The notes: generated from the letters alone by a model not told the origin. DNA of 63,206 bases, filler included, from Octopus bimaculoides (GCF_001194135.2; 5 parts of 5 records of this genome joined end to end with filler, not necessarily neighbours in it), one strand, 5' to 3'. Shown: positions 10,689 through 22,951, numbered from the whole stretch's first letter. Translations and numbers: made by a program.

Positions 10689-11212
10689 CAGGGCCGGCTC
10701 AAGGTACCAACAACTCAGGCAGTTGCCTGGGGCGTGAAATTTTTTTTCCCACATGAGTTCTGGACCCCAGTTATGAACTCATTTGCATACAGCCAATCAG
10801 AGCTCAACTATCAAACTAATTTACGAGCGCATAACAAGTGATGGGCTATAAGATAAGGTCACTTGGGTAAGGAACGACCATGTTGCTTTTCTCTTTTAAT
10901 AATGTTTGTTGTTCTTGTTAGGCATAATCTGAGAGCTAAATGGCACCTTTCCTGTCGCACTTTTCAAACAATCCTTCAACGGTCTGCCAGCACCAATGAG
11001 GTTTCTGCCACCAGCAACAACCTTTTTCAACTTGACAACAAGGTCAAGGTGAGCTCTGATTGGTTGTATGCAAATGAGTTCATTACTGAGGTCCGGAAAA
11101 AATTTCACGCCGGGTGCCATGTGCTTTTTTGTTTACATTTTCAGATTTTCTCCATGTGAAAGTTTTAAAAATTATACTTGTAAGGGCGCCAGCAACCCTA
11201 GGGCCAGCCTTG
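10689..11212. mobile_element. hAT-type MITE with 8-bp TSD
   Basis: TSD ATACCTAC at 10681-10688 and 11213-11220; imperfect TIRs CAGGGCCGGCTCAAGG / CCTAGGGCCAGCCTTG; ~65-bp internal inverted repeat. Confidence 0.9.
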
Positions 11213-12214
11213 ATACCTACGTACATAAATACATACAAGCCACCGTGCTAACACACACACACACACACACACACACCTGCATACAGACATACATATTTAC
11301 TTATATACCAGATTGCAAACTTACGTACCTGCATTCAAATATGCACACCTATATCCATACATACCAACATATATATACGCACACATACACGCACACTACA
11401 GAAGAGCGTGTGTGTATGTGTGTGATGATAGAGACAGGCAGACAGACAAACCAACAGAGAAAGCTATGTTAGTGAATCGTGAGTCAGTGTTGTTTTCTGT
11501 CTGAGAATGCAGTCCTGGATTAACACTTAATATTTACATTTAATGTAAACACTCCAACTCACTCAGTGCCGCATTCATTTCCATTTGGCTAACGTTGCTT
11601 TCATATTTCCTTTTTTTTTTTTTATTGTTGTTGTAAATAGTCTTTCCCGTTCGTGTCTATTCTCTCGTTAAATGTTTACATGGATCAGATTGTCTTGTCA
11701 AATAACTATCTCGTATTCCATTTCTATTCCACACACTAGTTTATTTCCAGTTCTTCCTTATCATTAATCATATAAATATATAAATACACACACACTCATA
11801 GAGACACAGACAAAAAGATAGAGCGCAGAAAAAACATCAAAAGAAAATAATTTAACAAAGGGTGGCGGGGAGAAAGAGAAGGGGAAGGAGACAGAGACAC
11901 ATAAAAAAAAAGCAAAATAACATGTTAATTTCTGGCAACAAAACAACAATAAAAGATTCATTTACAAGGTGTTATCAGAAAGTTCCTTACCCCCATCTCA
12001 GACTTGCTATAAAAAAAAAAAAGTACATCTGTACTCCAGTGGATAATATATTTATACTCTCTAAATAGTTCCCTTCACAAGGTAAATTATAACGTTGGCA
12101 AGTTTCTATGCCTAGGCACGATACAATGACAAATGTCCTCTTCATGATGGCCTTCGAAATTCTACGCTGTGATTCTGTTAGAATTTCATTTACCATTTCA
12201 AGTGCTTGTGTGGT

Positions 12215-12540
12215 TAAGCGGTTAGCCTCCCAGCTACATTGTTTCAGGACCGAAACTGAAAAAAGCCTGTCATGTGTGTGTGTGTGTGTGTGTGGCGGGA
12301 AGAATTTGTGTTTCCTTGTCTTGACATTGTGCTTTAGTTAAAAACAAGTGTTACCATCATACAAGGGGTTTCCTTCAGTTATAATATTCTGTGAAAACAT
12401 ATCCAGCCTCAGGGAAATCCTACATTTTTGGAAGCTAGTGAGAGTTGGTGATAGGAAGGGTGTCCAGTTATAGAAAATCCACTTCAACAAATTCCACCTG
12501 GCCTGTGCAAGCATGGAAATGTTGACATTAAAATTATACT
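12215..12540 (+). mobile_element. SINE family A2: family-A-like head with RTE-derived 3' tail
   Basis: Head, then (TG)n, then ...ggaagggtgtccagttatagaaaatc...gcaagcatggaaatgttgacattaaa. Same architecture at 49530-50200(+), 53260-53705(+), 36700-37140(+, 3' half) and 3885-4075(-). Confidence 0.7.
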
Positions 12541-12899
12541 CTTTTATTCTTTTACTTGTTTCAGTCATTTGACTGCGGCCATGCTGGAGCACCGCTAAGT
12601 TACGGGGATGTAAACACACCAGCATCGGTTGTCAAGCGATGTTGGGGGGACAAACAGAAACACAGACACACAAACATATACACACACACATACACACATA
12701 TCTATATATATATATATGTACGACGCGCTTCTTTCAGTTTCCGTCTACCAGATCCACTCACAAGGCTTTGGTCAGCCCGAGGCTATAGTAGAAGACACTT
12801 GCCCAAGGTGCCACGCAGTGGGAATGAACCCGGAACCATGTAGTTGGTAAGCAAGCTACTTACCACACACTCACTCCTACGCCTATATATGATGACAAT

Positions 12900-13345
12900 C
12901 TCAAAGTGGAACGCCATCAGCTTTAATTTTGATTTTAGAAAACACAACAAAGTCACAGGGTAGAGTGGGATAAGTGAAGTCAGTATGGAGAGGATGGAAA
13001 GACAGCCATTTTGTTGTTTATCAAAACACTTTGGAGTATAAAGATACCAGTGTAGATTTTCTTTGAGATAATCCTGGCAGACTCAATAATTGATTCTAAT
13101 CATGCAATAACTGACAAATTGTTCAACAACAGTCTTCATGAAGGAGTTCAATTTTGCTTTTTGTTCCCCACATTGTGACTGGTTGCTCAGAATGTCAACA
13201 TTTTGAAGTGACACACAACCAGCCTTCAAAATGCACACGCCACTCAAAAACCAGTGTTTAGTCTAAAGAATCTTCACCAAAATCTTGCAGAAGCATTCTG
13301 TGAGTCTCTCGTAGAATTGTCAAGCTTCAGTCAATTTTTGATGAT
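12900..13345 (-). mobile_element. Mariner-like transposase remnant with internal deletion
   Basis: Minus-strand translation gives an HTH-like ETHRMLLQDFGEDSLD*TLVFEWRVHF, and a region near the YSPDLAPCDF position reading NKMAVFPSSPY...CDFVVFSKIK; stops and frameshifts present. Confidence 0.7.
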
Positions 13346-14151
13346 GGTATACCTGCATCTGAATAGTTACAAGCATGGCAGTGTGGTATAATGTTTGGCT
13401 CCCAACCACATGGTTCCAGCTGGAGTGCTTACATTAAATGTATATGGTCCCCCTCTCCCTTATCTGGTAGTCAATGAGGAAACTAGGGATAGATGAATGG
13501 TTAGTGAGAGCTGTGCGAATCATGTACAGGGACGCCGTTGCCAGTACCACCAGACTGGCTCTCGTGCCAGTGGCATGTAAAAGCACCCACTACACTCTTG
13601 GAATGGTTGACATTAGGAAGGGCATCCAGCTGTAGAAACTCTGCCAGATCAGATTGGAGCCTGGTGCAGCCATCTGGTTCGCTAGTCCTCAGTCCAACCC
13701 ATGCTAACATGGAAAGTGGACGTTAAACAATGATGATGATGATGATTAAGTGGCTGAGTTCCTTTCGAGAGTTGGGCCTCACAAAGGCAATGACCGAGAC
13801 CTTTGGCATTATGTCATGCTTGAGAAAACCCATCAAGCTGTGCAAAATCACAGTCATAGCAGATACTGGTGTCACACAAATGCCATCCGTGCCAGTGGCA
13901 CGTAAAAGCACCCATTGCACTCTCGGAGTGGTTGGAGTTAGGAAGGGCATCCAGCCATAGAAACCATGCCAAGTCAGAGTGGAGTCTGGTGCAGCCTTCC
14001 ACCACGCCAGCCCAGTCAAACCATCCAATCGATGCCAGCATGGACAACAGACGTTAAATGATGATGATGATTAAGTGTTAATCCAGGACTGCACTGTCTC
14101 ATGACTAACATAACGTTCTCTGATGGTTAGTTTGTCTGCCTGTCTATCATT

Positions 14152-14192
<41 letters not shown>

Positions 14193-15098
14193 GCACCGTA
14201 GGCAAATGTCTTCTATTGTAGCCTTGGGCTGACCAAAGCCCTGAGAGTATATTTGGTAGATGGAAACTGAAAGAAAACCATTGCGTGCATGCACGTGTTT
14301 GTCTTTGTTTGTCCCTCAACATCACCTGACAACTGGTGTTGATGTGTTTACGTCCCCATAACTTCGCAGTTCAGCAAAAGAGACCAAAAGAATAAGTTCC
14401 GGGCTTAGCAAAAAAAAAAGAAAAGTAGGAGCTGGGGTCAATTCATTCAACTAAAAATTCTTCAAGGTGGTACCCCAGCAGGGCCACAATCTAATGAATG
14501 AAACAAGTAAGAGATAAAATGATGAATATTTTAGCCTCCATAGAGATCACAGAACCATTCTAACGACATCACAAAAACCTGTCAGCTTTCTCGTCCTTCT
14601 CCTGTCAAATGCATCATCATTACTATTCCGCTGCTTCATGTGGTCAGTCATCTCCTACTCACCCTCTCCCTTCCTAATGTTTGCCTCATTATAGATCACC
14701 TAACTCCTCCCCACTCATTTATTCCCCATCTCTCACACCTCCAATTCTCTCTTGCAACCTAACCCATCCACATTCCAGGTCCCTCTTCCCCCACTCATTC
14801 CAATTCGCCTTTAAGGTCCCTCCATCCTGATCACTCCCAACCCTGTCTTTCAAAATGTAAGTAGTTGTGTAGTTATTCTACAGCAAGAAAATTAACCCCA
14901 GTGCTCAACTGGTACTTATTTGATTGGCCCTAGAAAGATGAAAGGCAAAGATGACCCCAGTGGAATTTGAACTCAGGACAAAATACTACCAAGCATTTTG
15001 CCCAGTGCTAACAATTCTGCCAACTCAACACTTTACATGTGTTTATATACTATTGTTGTTATTGATGTTTAGTTCTAGGAAGAGAATTTTGGCCATAC

Positions 15099-15177
15099 TC
15101 CTTGCAGGCCACCCTTTTTCCACCCCCTCTGGCCATGATGCAGTTGATAAGATTAAACTCCTCCTGCTGGTCAATTT
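15099..15177 (-). CDS. Candidate internal exon (79 nt, phase 1 to 2): EIDQQEEFNLINCIMARGGGKRVACK
   Basis: Long pyrimidine-rich acceptor ctttcctctgcttcccattctctattgatAG, donor GGA|GTATGG (moderate), open frame, GC above background. Confidence 0.35.
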
Positions 15178-15324
15178 CTATCAATAGAGAATGGGAAGCA
15201 GAGGAAAGCAGAGGGAGAGGTGGGCAGGGTATTTGGCAAACTTGTTTAGTACAGTATCTGGGGATACATAAGAGACAGACAGACAGACTTGTTCTGTACA
15301 AAATTTGGAGGTAGATGAGAGAAT

Positions 15325-15363
<39 letters not shown>

Positions 15364-18300
15364 GAATGGTGGGGTGGTAATGAAAAGATGACAGGGCAAT
15401 TGTATACTTCAGGTTCTTGGTTTCAACATAACAAAAATAGATTAAGAAAAAAATATTAAAAAAAAACAACTGGTTAACAAAAATAGAACAAACAACACAA
15501 TAATAATCAATAAATTATACAGAAATTGGCACTAGAATTCTTCTATTGATAGTTCTGGCTTTCATTTACGTCTATATTTTCACAAAGTCATTGTTGATAA
15601 TATGTAATTTTGTATGAGAATGTTTCAGTTTATCAATAGAGAGAAGTGTTGGGAGCAGTGAGGGGGGGAGCCAACACGTAGCTAATAGGACAGTAAGGCA
15701 ATCTCTAATTTATTGAATATTTCTACCACCACAACCACAACCACCGCCACCATCATCATCATCATCATCTCTCCTGTCTGTCTCTCATCCACTCACATCC
15801 ACTGAACAAACAAACACCGCTTAAGGCCTCATATTTAAGGGGATGTGCTAGTTGATTAAGCCAATACCAATACTTATCACCATCATCACCATTATCATCA
15901 TCAACAACATCAGCATCATCATCACCATCATCATCTTCATAAACATCACCATCATCAATTTCACCACGACCACCATCATCATCATCCCCTGGACATGACT
16001 GTCTCAAGTCCTATGACTCATGGGGCCAGTTACCCAGTTTCCATGACATAGAAGTGAGCAAGAACACAACAGTCCCCACCAGCACCACCACCGCCACCAC
16101 CCGCTGAAGAGAACACTGATCCCTTGCAGGATTACGCATTTACAATTTAGTGGTTTGAAACAAAGTGAAACGAAGCGTTTCACTCAAGTAAACAACACAC
16201 TGCCTGGACTGGGTATTGAAACCCTGACTTTGCAATTGTGAATGTTACATCCTAACCACCAGGCAACACCTTCAATAATTGTTTTATTTTATTGACTCTT
16301 GGATGCCTGGTAAAAAAACTAACTCCAAACTCCAGAAGGATTTGAACTCTGAATGTAAGGTACTTGTATAAATATGACAAGGCATTTTGTTCAATGCTCT
16401 ACTGATTCTGCACATCCAATCACCTTATAATGGTAATAAGGAATTGTTTTATTTGCCACAGGTGTGTCAGATTAAGGAGGCATTACAGAGCTCAGTTATA
16501 TAAGGTGTGAGAATTTACACAAAAATTGAATGGGGTAACAAAAAAAAAAAAACAAGAACTAAATGAGATAAAAAGTATATATTAGGCACAGAAGTGGTTG
16601 TCGGGTAGGAAGTTTACTTCAGGACCACATGATTCCAGGTTCAGTCCCTCTGTGTAGCATCTACTATAGCCTCAGGCCAACCAAATCCTTGTGAGTGAAT
16701 TTAGTGGACGGAAACTGAAAGAAGCCCATCGTATATATATATATGTCTATGTTTGTGTGTCTGTATTTGTCCCCCACCATCACATGACAACTGATGTTGG
16801 TGTGTGTACATCTCCATAACTTAACAGTTCAGCAAAAGAGACCAATAGAATAAGTACTAGGCTTACAAAGAATAAGTCCTGGGGTTGATTTGTTCGACTA
16901 AATGAAAGAATATTAAATTCTACACCAGGTTAAGGCCTAAGTACTCTGTGTGTGTGTGTGTGTGCTTCTTTTCTACTCTAGGCACAAAGCCGAAATTTTT
17001 GAGGAGGGGTGCAGTCGATTAGATCGACTCCAGTACGCAACTGGTACTTAATTTATCAACTTCAAAAGGATGAAAGGCAAAGTCAACCTTGGTGGGATTT
17101 GAACTCAGAACATAAAGACAGACAAAATATTGCTAAGCATTTCACCCGGCATGCTAACATTTCTGCCAGCTCGCCGCATTTCTGCAATTATTTGGTAAGC
17201 AGTGCCGGTTTTACAATTCTGTAAATAATAATAATATTTTACAAGCTTAAAGCTTATAAGCGATCACCGTACATTGACTAAGGTAAATAGTCTAATATTG
17301 GGGCATATAAGCCCTCGACAGAAAAAAGTAAGGTTTGCTATATGCATAGAACTCAAACCCACACCTCTATGTATTCTTGACAAGTGTGTTACCATTTTAC
17401 TAACGTACCCCTTTACAAGGGGTACGTTAGTGTAATGGTAGCACACTGAAAACAAGTGATAAAAGATAGTATAGAAATAGTGATGATGTTGACAAAGTCA
17501 CTCAGATCCTGGTGGACAACCAACAAAGGTCAATAATGTAAGCCCGTCTGTGAAGGATAAGAATCCTCTCCTGACTGTGATTCTCCAGCCTACATGCATA
17601 GACTAAGAGCAGACATAAATATTTGTGGAATATTTTTGGTGAAAAATACATTGCTAAGACCTAATTGCTAAGACATGCAAATGCCATGTTACCACCTGTG
17701 TGTGCATATGCATACAAGCTTGCATGTTATCTATGCCAGTATAGAAACCAGATGCAAAATGATGATAATGGTGACAATATGACATTTACAGGTGAGCTGG
17801 CAGAAACGTTAGCACGCCGGGCGAAATGCTTAATGGTATTTCATCTGCCATTATGTTCTGAGTTCAAATTCTGCCGNNNNNNNNNNGCCATTATGTTCTG
17901 AGTTCAAATTCTGCCGAGGTCGACTTTGCCTTTCACCCTTTCAGGGTCGATTAAATAAGTACCAGTTACACACTGGGGTCAATGTACTCGACTTAATCCC
18001 TTTGTTTGTCCTCTCTATGTTCAGCCCCTTGTGGGCAATAATGAAACAGATATGGCATTTACAGTCAACTTTCCACGACATCATCATCATTTAAGGTCTA
18101 TTCTCCACGCTAGCATGGGTTGGACGATTTGGCAAAAGCTGCTAATGCCACGAACCTCACCTGATTTTCTAATCATTAAATCAACAACAAGAATAAATTT
18201 GGCAAAGTTTATCATGGTTGTCAATCTGATGATTGCTACCACATTCCCTTTTCTGTGTGTATGAAACTTAAAGTTAGAGTAGATTAAGACTCTAATTACT

Positions 18301-19628
18301 CTGAAATCTATCACAAACCTAGAACAAAGATTATCTGACTTTCCATGATTGGCTCTCGTGCCAGTGGCACATAAAAAGCACCATTCGAGCATGATCGTTG
18401 CCAGCGTTGCCTTACCGGCACACGTGTCGGTGGCATGTGAAAAACAACATTCGAGCATGGTCATTGCTAGTTCCGCCAGAGTGGTTCCCATCCAGGTGGC
18501 ACGTAAAAAACACCTTTTGAGCGTATTTGTTGCCAGAACCACCTGACTGGCCTTCATGCTGGTGGCACATAAAAGAACCCACTACACTCTCGGAGTGGTT
18601 GGCGTTAGGAAGGGCAGATCAAATTGAGCCTGGTGCAGCCTTCTGGCTCACTAGTCCCCAGTCAAATCGTCCAACCCATACCAGCATGGAAAGCAGACGT
18701 TAAACGACGGTGATGATGATGATGATGTCTTATAAGTGACTAATTGTGCAACATTTCATCTGTCAGTCATAGGATTAAGCCAACTGTTGCTGGAAGTCCA
18801 TTTTTAGCTGAAATGAATTGTTTTGCTTTAGAATATGATGCACTATGTGGTCTAGGAATTGAAACCAGAACTTCATGATCATGAGTCCAACTTCCAAACC
18901 ATAAGGCCATGAGCCTTCACAACCATGATTACTATAACGAATTAATCAGTTCACTCTACTATGCACGAGTATTCTTACTTTGCTCGTGACAATATTTGCA
19001 ATTTAGGTTATATATATATACATGTACACACATATATAATATATATAAAGTGACAAATAGATACATATGCATATATATAAGTATGAGTGTGTGTGTGTGC
19101 ATTAAAATAAAATCAAAAGAGGAATTAAAAAATAAAGGAAACAACAGTCTTTATTTATACAAACCTATGCTAACGACCTGACTCGGAATAAAGAGAAACA
19201 CAAAACAGGACAGGACTATTGTTTACAAATACACACAGCTATGTTAACAACACAACACGATTGAATCAAGGATAACAACAGACAGACAGATCAAAGCACG
19301 TATTACAATATCCATTGTTTTCCATTGGTCCCAGTTGTCATAACTGATGATGATGACAATGATGATAATGATGACGATGATGATGATGATGATGACAATG
19401 ATGATTGTGATGGCTTCCATCCTCCTGGTGTGTGTGTGTGCATATATGGGCATCTAACGGGCTGTCACTTCCATAATTCTTAGTACCAATCCTGCATTCA
19501 CTGAGATGAAATTCATGTTGTTGTCAGATAATGTATGGAAGAGGTGCCAAAATACTAGGCAAGGACCAGCATAGACAGACCAAAACAATGTTTTTGCCAT
19601 ATGTGTGTGTGTGTGTGTTTGTGTGTGT

Positions 19629-19935
19629 AGGCGCAATGGCCCAGTGGTTAGGGCAGCGGACTCACGGTCAGAGGATTGTGGTTTCAATTCCCAGACCGGG
19701 CGTTGTTTGTGTTTATTGAGCGAAAACACCTAAATCTCCATGAGGCTCCAGCAGAGGGTGGTGGTGACCCCTGTTGTACTCTTTCGCCCCAACTTTCTCC
19801 CACTCTTTCTTCCTGTTTCTTGAGTAAAGCTGTGATGGACTGGCGTCTTGTCCAGCTGAGGAGGAACACATACGCCAAATTTAACCAGGAATCCGGGCCC
19901 CTGAGCCTGGTTAGGCTTTGAAAGGACGCATAAAA
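19629..19935 (+). mobile_element. tRNA-headed SINE, family C, tail variant 1
   Basis: ggcgcaatggcccagtggttagggcagcggactc...ggtttcaattcccagaccgggcg head; shares ~190 nt with 30147-30514, then diverges. Confidence 0.8.
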
Positions 19936-20931
19936 AATATATATATATATATATATATATATANNNNNNNNNNNNNNNNNNNNNNNNNNNNNNNNNNNNN
20001 NNNNNNNNNNNNNNNNNNNNNNNNNNNNNNNNNNNNNNNNNNNNNNNNNNNNNNNNNNNNNNNNNNNNNNNNNNNNNNNNNNNNNNNNNNNNNNNNNNNN
20101 NNNNNNNNNNNNNNNNNNNNNNNNNNNNNNNNNNNNNNNNNNNNNNNNNNNNNNNNNNNNNNNNNNNNNNNNNNNNNNNNNNNNNNNNNNNNNNNNNNNN
20201 NNNNNNNNNNNNNNTATAGAAATAAATGTATGCATATATGTACACACACACACGCACATCATCATCATTTAACGTCCACTTTCCATGCTAGCATGGGTTG
20301 GACGATTTGACTGGGGACTGGCAAAGCGGATGGCTACACCAGACTCCAATCTGATCTGGCAGAGTTCCTACAGCTGGATGCCCTTCCTAACGCCAACCAC
20401 TCCGAGAGTGTAGTGGGTGCTTTTTACATGCCACCGGCACGAGCGCCAGTCCAGCAGTACTGGCAACGGCCACGCTCAAATGGCGTTTTTTATGTGCCAC
20501 CTGCATAGAAGTCAGCGAATGTTTTGTTCACATGCCATCTGCACAAGTGCCAGTAAGGCGAAGCTGGAAATGATCGCGCTCAAACGGTACTTTTTACGTG
20601 CCACCAGCACACACATATATATATATATATATATAGACACACCCACACATACATAAACATACAAAAATAAATGTATGCATATATGTACACACACACACAT
20701 ATGTATGCATTCACATGTACATGTGTAAACCTAAGTACATACACCCACACTCGGTCTTGATTCGCTATATTATCTCACAACACGTACATCGAACACACAC
20801 TGAAGGAAACCAATTCACACTATTTACTGTACACCAATCCCATAGTCAGATGAATGAAGAGAGAAGTGGATGCAGCCAGAGTACAAGCTTAATTAGACTG
20901 TGAGTAAAACAGAGAAAATGATCACACTGAC

Positions 20932-20966
20932 CTCCTGCAAAAAAATAACAAACCATGAAAAAATTC
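20932..20966 (-). CDS. Candidate short exon (35 nt; open in all three frames, e.g. NFFMVCYFFAG)
   Basis: Strong acceptor ttttcactttgtttattgttttcAG and strong donor GAG|GTCAGT. Confidence 0.35.
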
Positions 20967-21941
20967 CTGAAAACAATAAACAAAGTGAAAATATTGTTGC
21001 TGTTGCAGTTGTTGTTTTATCTAAGCAGCAGCAACACTAACAGCATCAACCGCAGTAAATAATTTAGTTGATAAAAGCATTAAGTTTGGCAAAAATGGTA
21101 GGCTGATGACCTTGTAGTGGTACATTTATCTTAATCTTTCTATTTTCTTAAGCTTGAATCCTGCTGAGCTTCACTGCTTTTCATCCAACCAACTCCAATA
21201 AATAAATACATACCAGACAAGTCAACGACAGTAATATATCTACGTAGTTGTTTAAACAGCTAGAAACAGCAGGGTGATACAGTCTAGTGTGCATTACTTC
21301 TGAAAACCTTTGTGGTGTGAATAGTTTTGATTATAGATCTTATTAATCAGAGCAAATTTGAGACTAAGTAGGATGTACCAGTGATATACTGGTATTAGCC
21401 ATTTCATTACAATATTACTGTTAAAATACACTGCTTTTGTTTCTAATACTTTTGAAAATAATAAAGAATTTCGTGAAATAACTTTGTAATTATTAAACTA
21501 GTGTAGGATCGTTAACATAAATGATAGGATCATTAACATAAATGGACAAAATGCATAGTGGCATTTTTTGGGGATTTTTCGCGTTCTGAGTTCAAATTCT
21601 GCCGAGATTAATTTTGCCTTTAATCCTTTTACAGGTTAATAAAATAACCATGACTAGTGTATACTTCTGTGAGATTAGCATCAACTACCGTGATGCAAGC
21701 ATTTAAACTGAGTCTGCAATGTGAACACAACTCAATATATTGGTTCTTTGGCCTCTGCAGCAAGTGACCCACTCACCTGAGATTGCACCTGGTTCTGTGA
21801 TACAAATTTCCTGATTTAAATCAGTGATTCTCAATTGGACTCCACATGGCCCCTGAGGGTCCATATAAGACTTTGTTGCTAAAATTTATGTGCAATAAAC
21901 TTTTTATATTCCTACAATACACAAATTAAACATTTTAGGAG

Positions 21942-22420
21942 AATAAAATGTTTTGAATGGTACAACAATGCACTATAATACAAACAATTGGCTATATACT
22001 TGTTGTAATTTAACCATCCATAGTCTGATGATATTTCAGAATAAAATTTCTAGCCACTCCATCAATTCCTGGGGATATCTGAGGCAGGAATTTTATTCCA
22101 AAATATCATCAGACTATGGATGGTTAACCATTTAGCATTTAAACCGGCCATATCCGGCCCAAATATTCTACTTGTTTTATGTTCAAACTGGCCAGATCTG
22201 GCTTTGCACACTTATCCTACAATGTCTTTCTTAGAATAAGCAATCACATCCTCAAAATTTCAATACTACGATGTCTTTGCATGATGAATTCGAAACAATT
22301 TGATTATATAAGCATTACATTTGACAGAATAATCTGAATACTAAAGGGTTGAATTACAACAGGTATATAGTCCATTTTTTGTATTATAGTGCATTGTTGT
22401 ACCATTCAAAACATTTTATT
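21942..22420. repeat. Fold-back element (~120-bp inverted arms) nested in the hAT MITE
   Basis: aataaaatgttttgaatggtacaacaatgcactataatacaaa is inverted at 22370-22420; 22010-22036 and 22101-22127 form a perfect 27-bp inverted pair. Confidence 0.85.
22128..22348. mobile_element. piggyBac-type MITE (221 bp) inserted in the fold-back's right arm
   Basis: TTAA (22124-22127), ccatttagcatt...aatactaaaggg termini, TTGA (decayed TTAA). Removing it restores the inverted arm. Confidence 0.8.
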
Positions 22421-22951
22421 CCTTACAAACAATGCACAATGCTTCAAGCGAACTACAATACTCTCCTACATTTTAGGAGCTTTTAGACATCAAAGATTAT
22501 GAGCCACCACCACCTTGAGTGAAATAGGAATTAGAGGGGTTGAGAGTCACTGATTTAAATCAGTTTGAAAATTGATATTTTTCATCAATATTTCATGTCA
22601 ATTTATATCCCAAACACCAGCTTACTAAAGCTAATTTTGGCACAAGGCCTGTTATTTTGAAGGGAGGGGGCAAGTTGATTATATCGACCCCAGTGCTCAG
22701 TTGATACTAATCTAATCAACCCCAAAAGGATGAAAGGTAAAGTTGACCTCAATGCTATTTGAATTCAGAATGTGAAGAGTTGGGAAAAATGCCACAAAGG
22801 ATTTTGTTTGACATACTAATGAATCTAACAGCTACCTTCTCCGGCCTATAATAGAAAGGATGAAAAAAAAGACATCAGACAGGCAATGTATACTTTGCAT
22901 GCAGATAAATTTATTCACAAATTATAGTGTGGCCTACAATGTGTTGCTTAC

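Larger units (their letters stand above)
21822..22552. mobile_element. hAT (Charlie-like) MITE with 8-bp TSD, containing nested insertions
   Basis: TIRs CAGTGATTCTCAA (21822-21834) and TTGAGAGTCACTG (22540-22552); TSD ATTTAAAT at 21814-21821 and 22553-22560. Confidence 0.9.
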
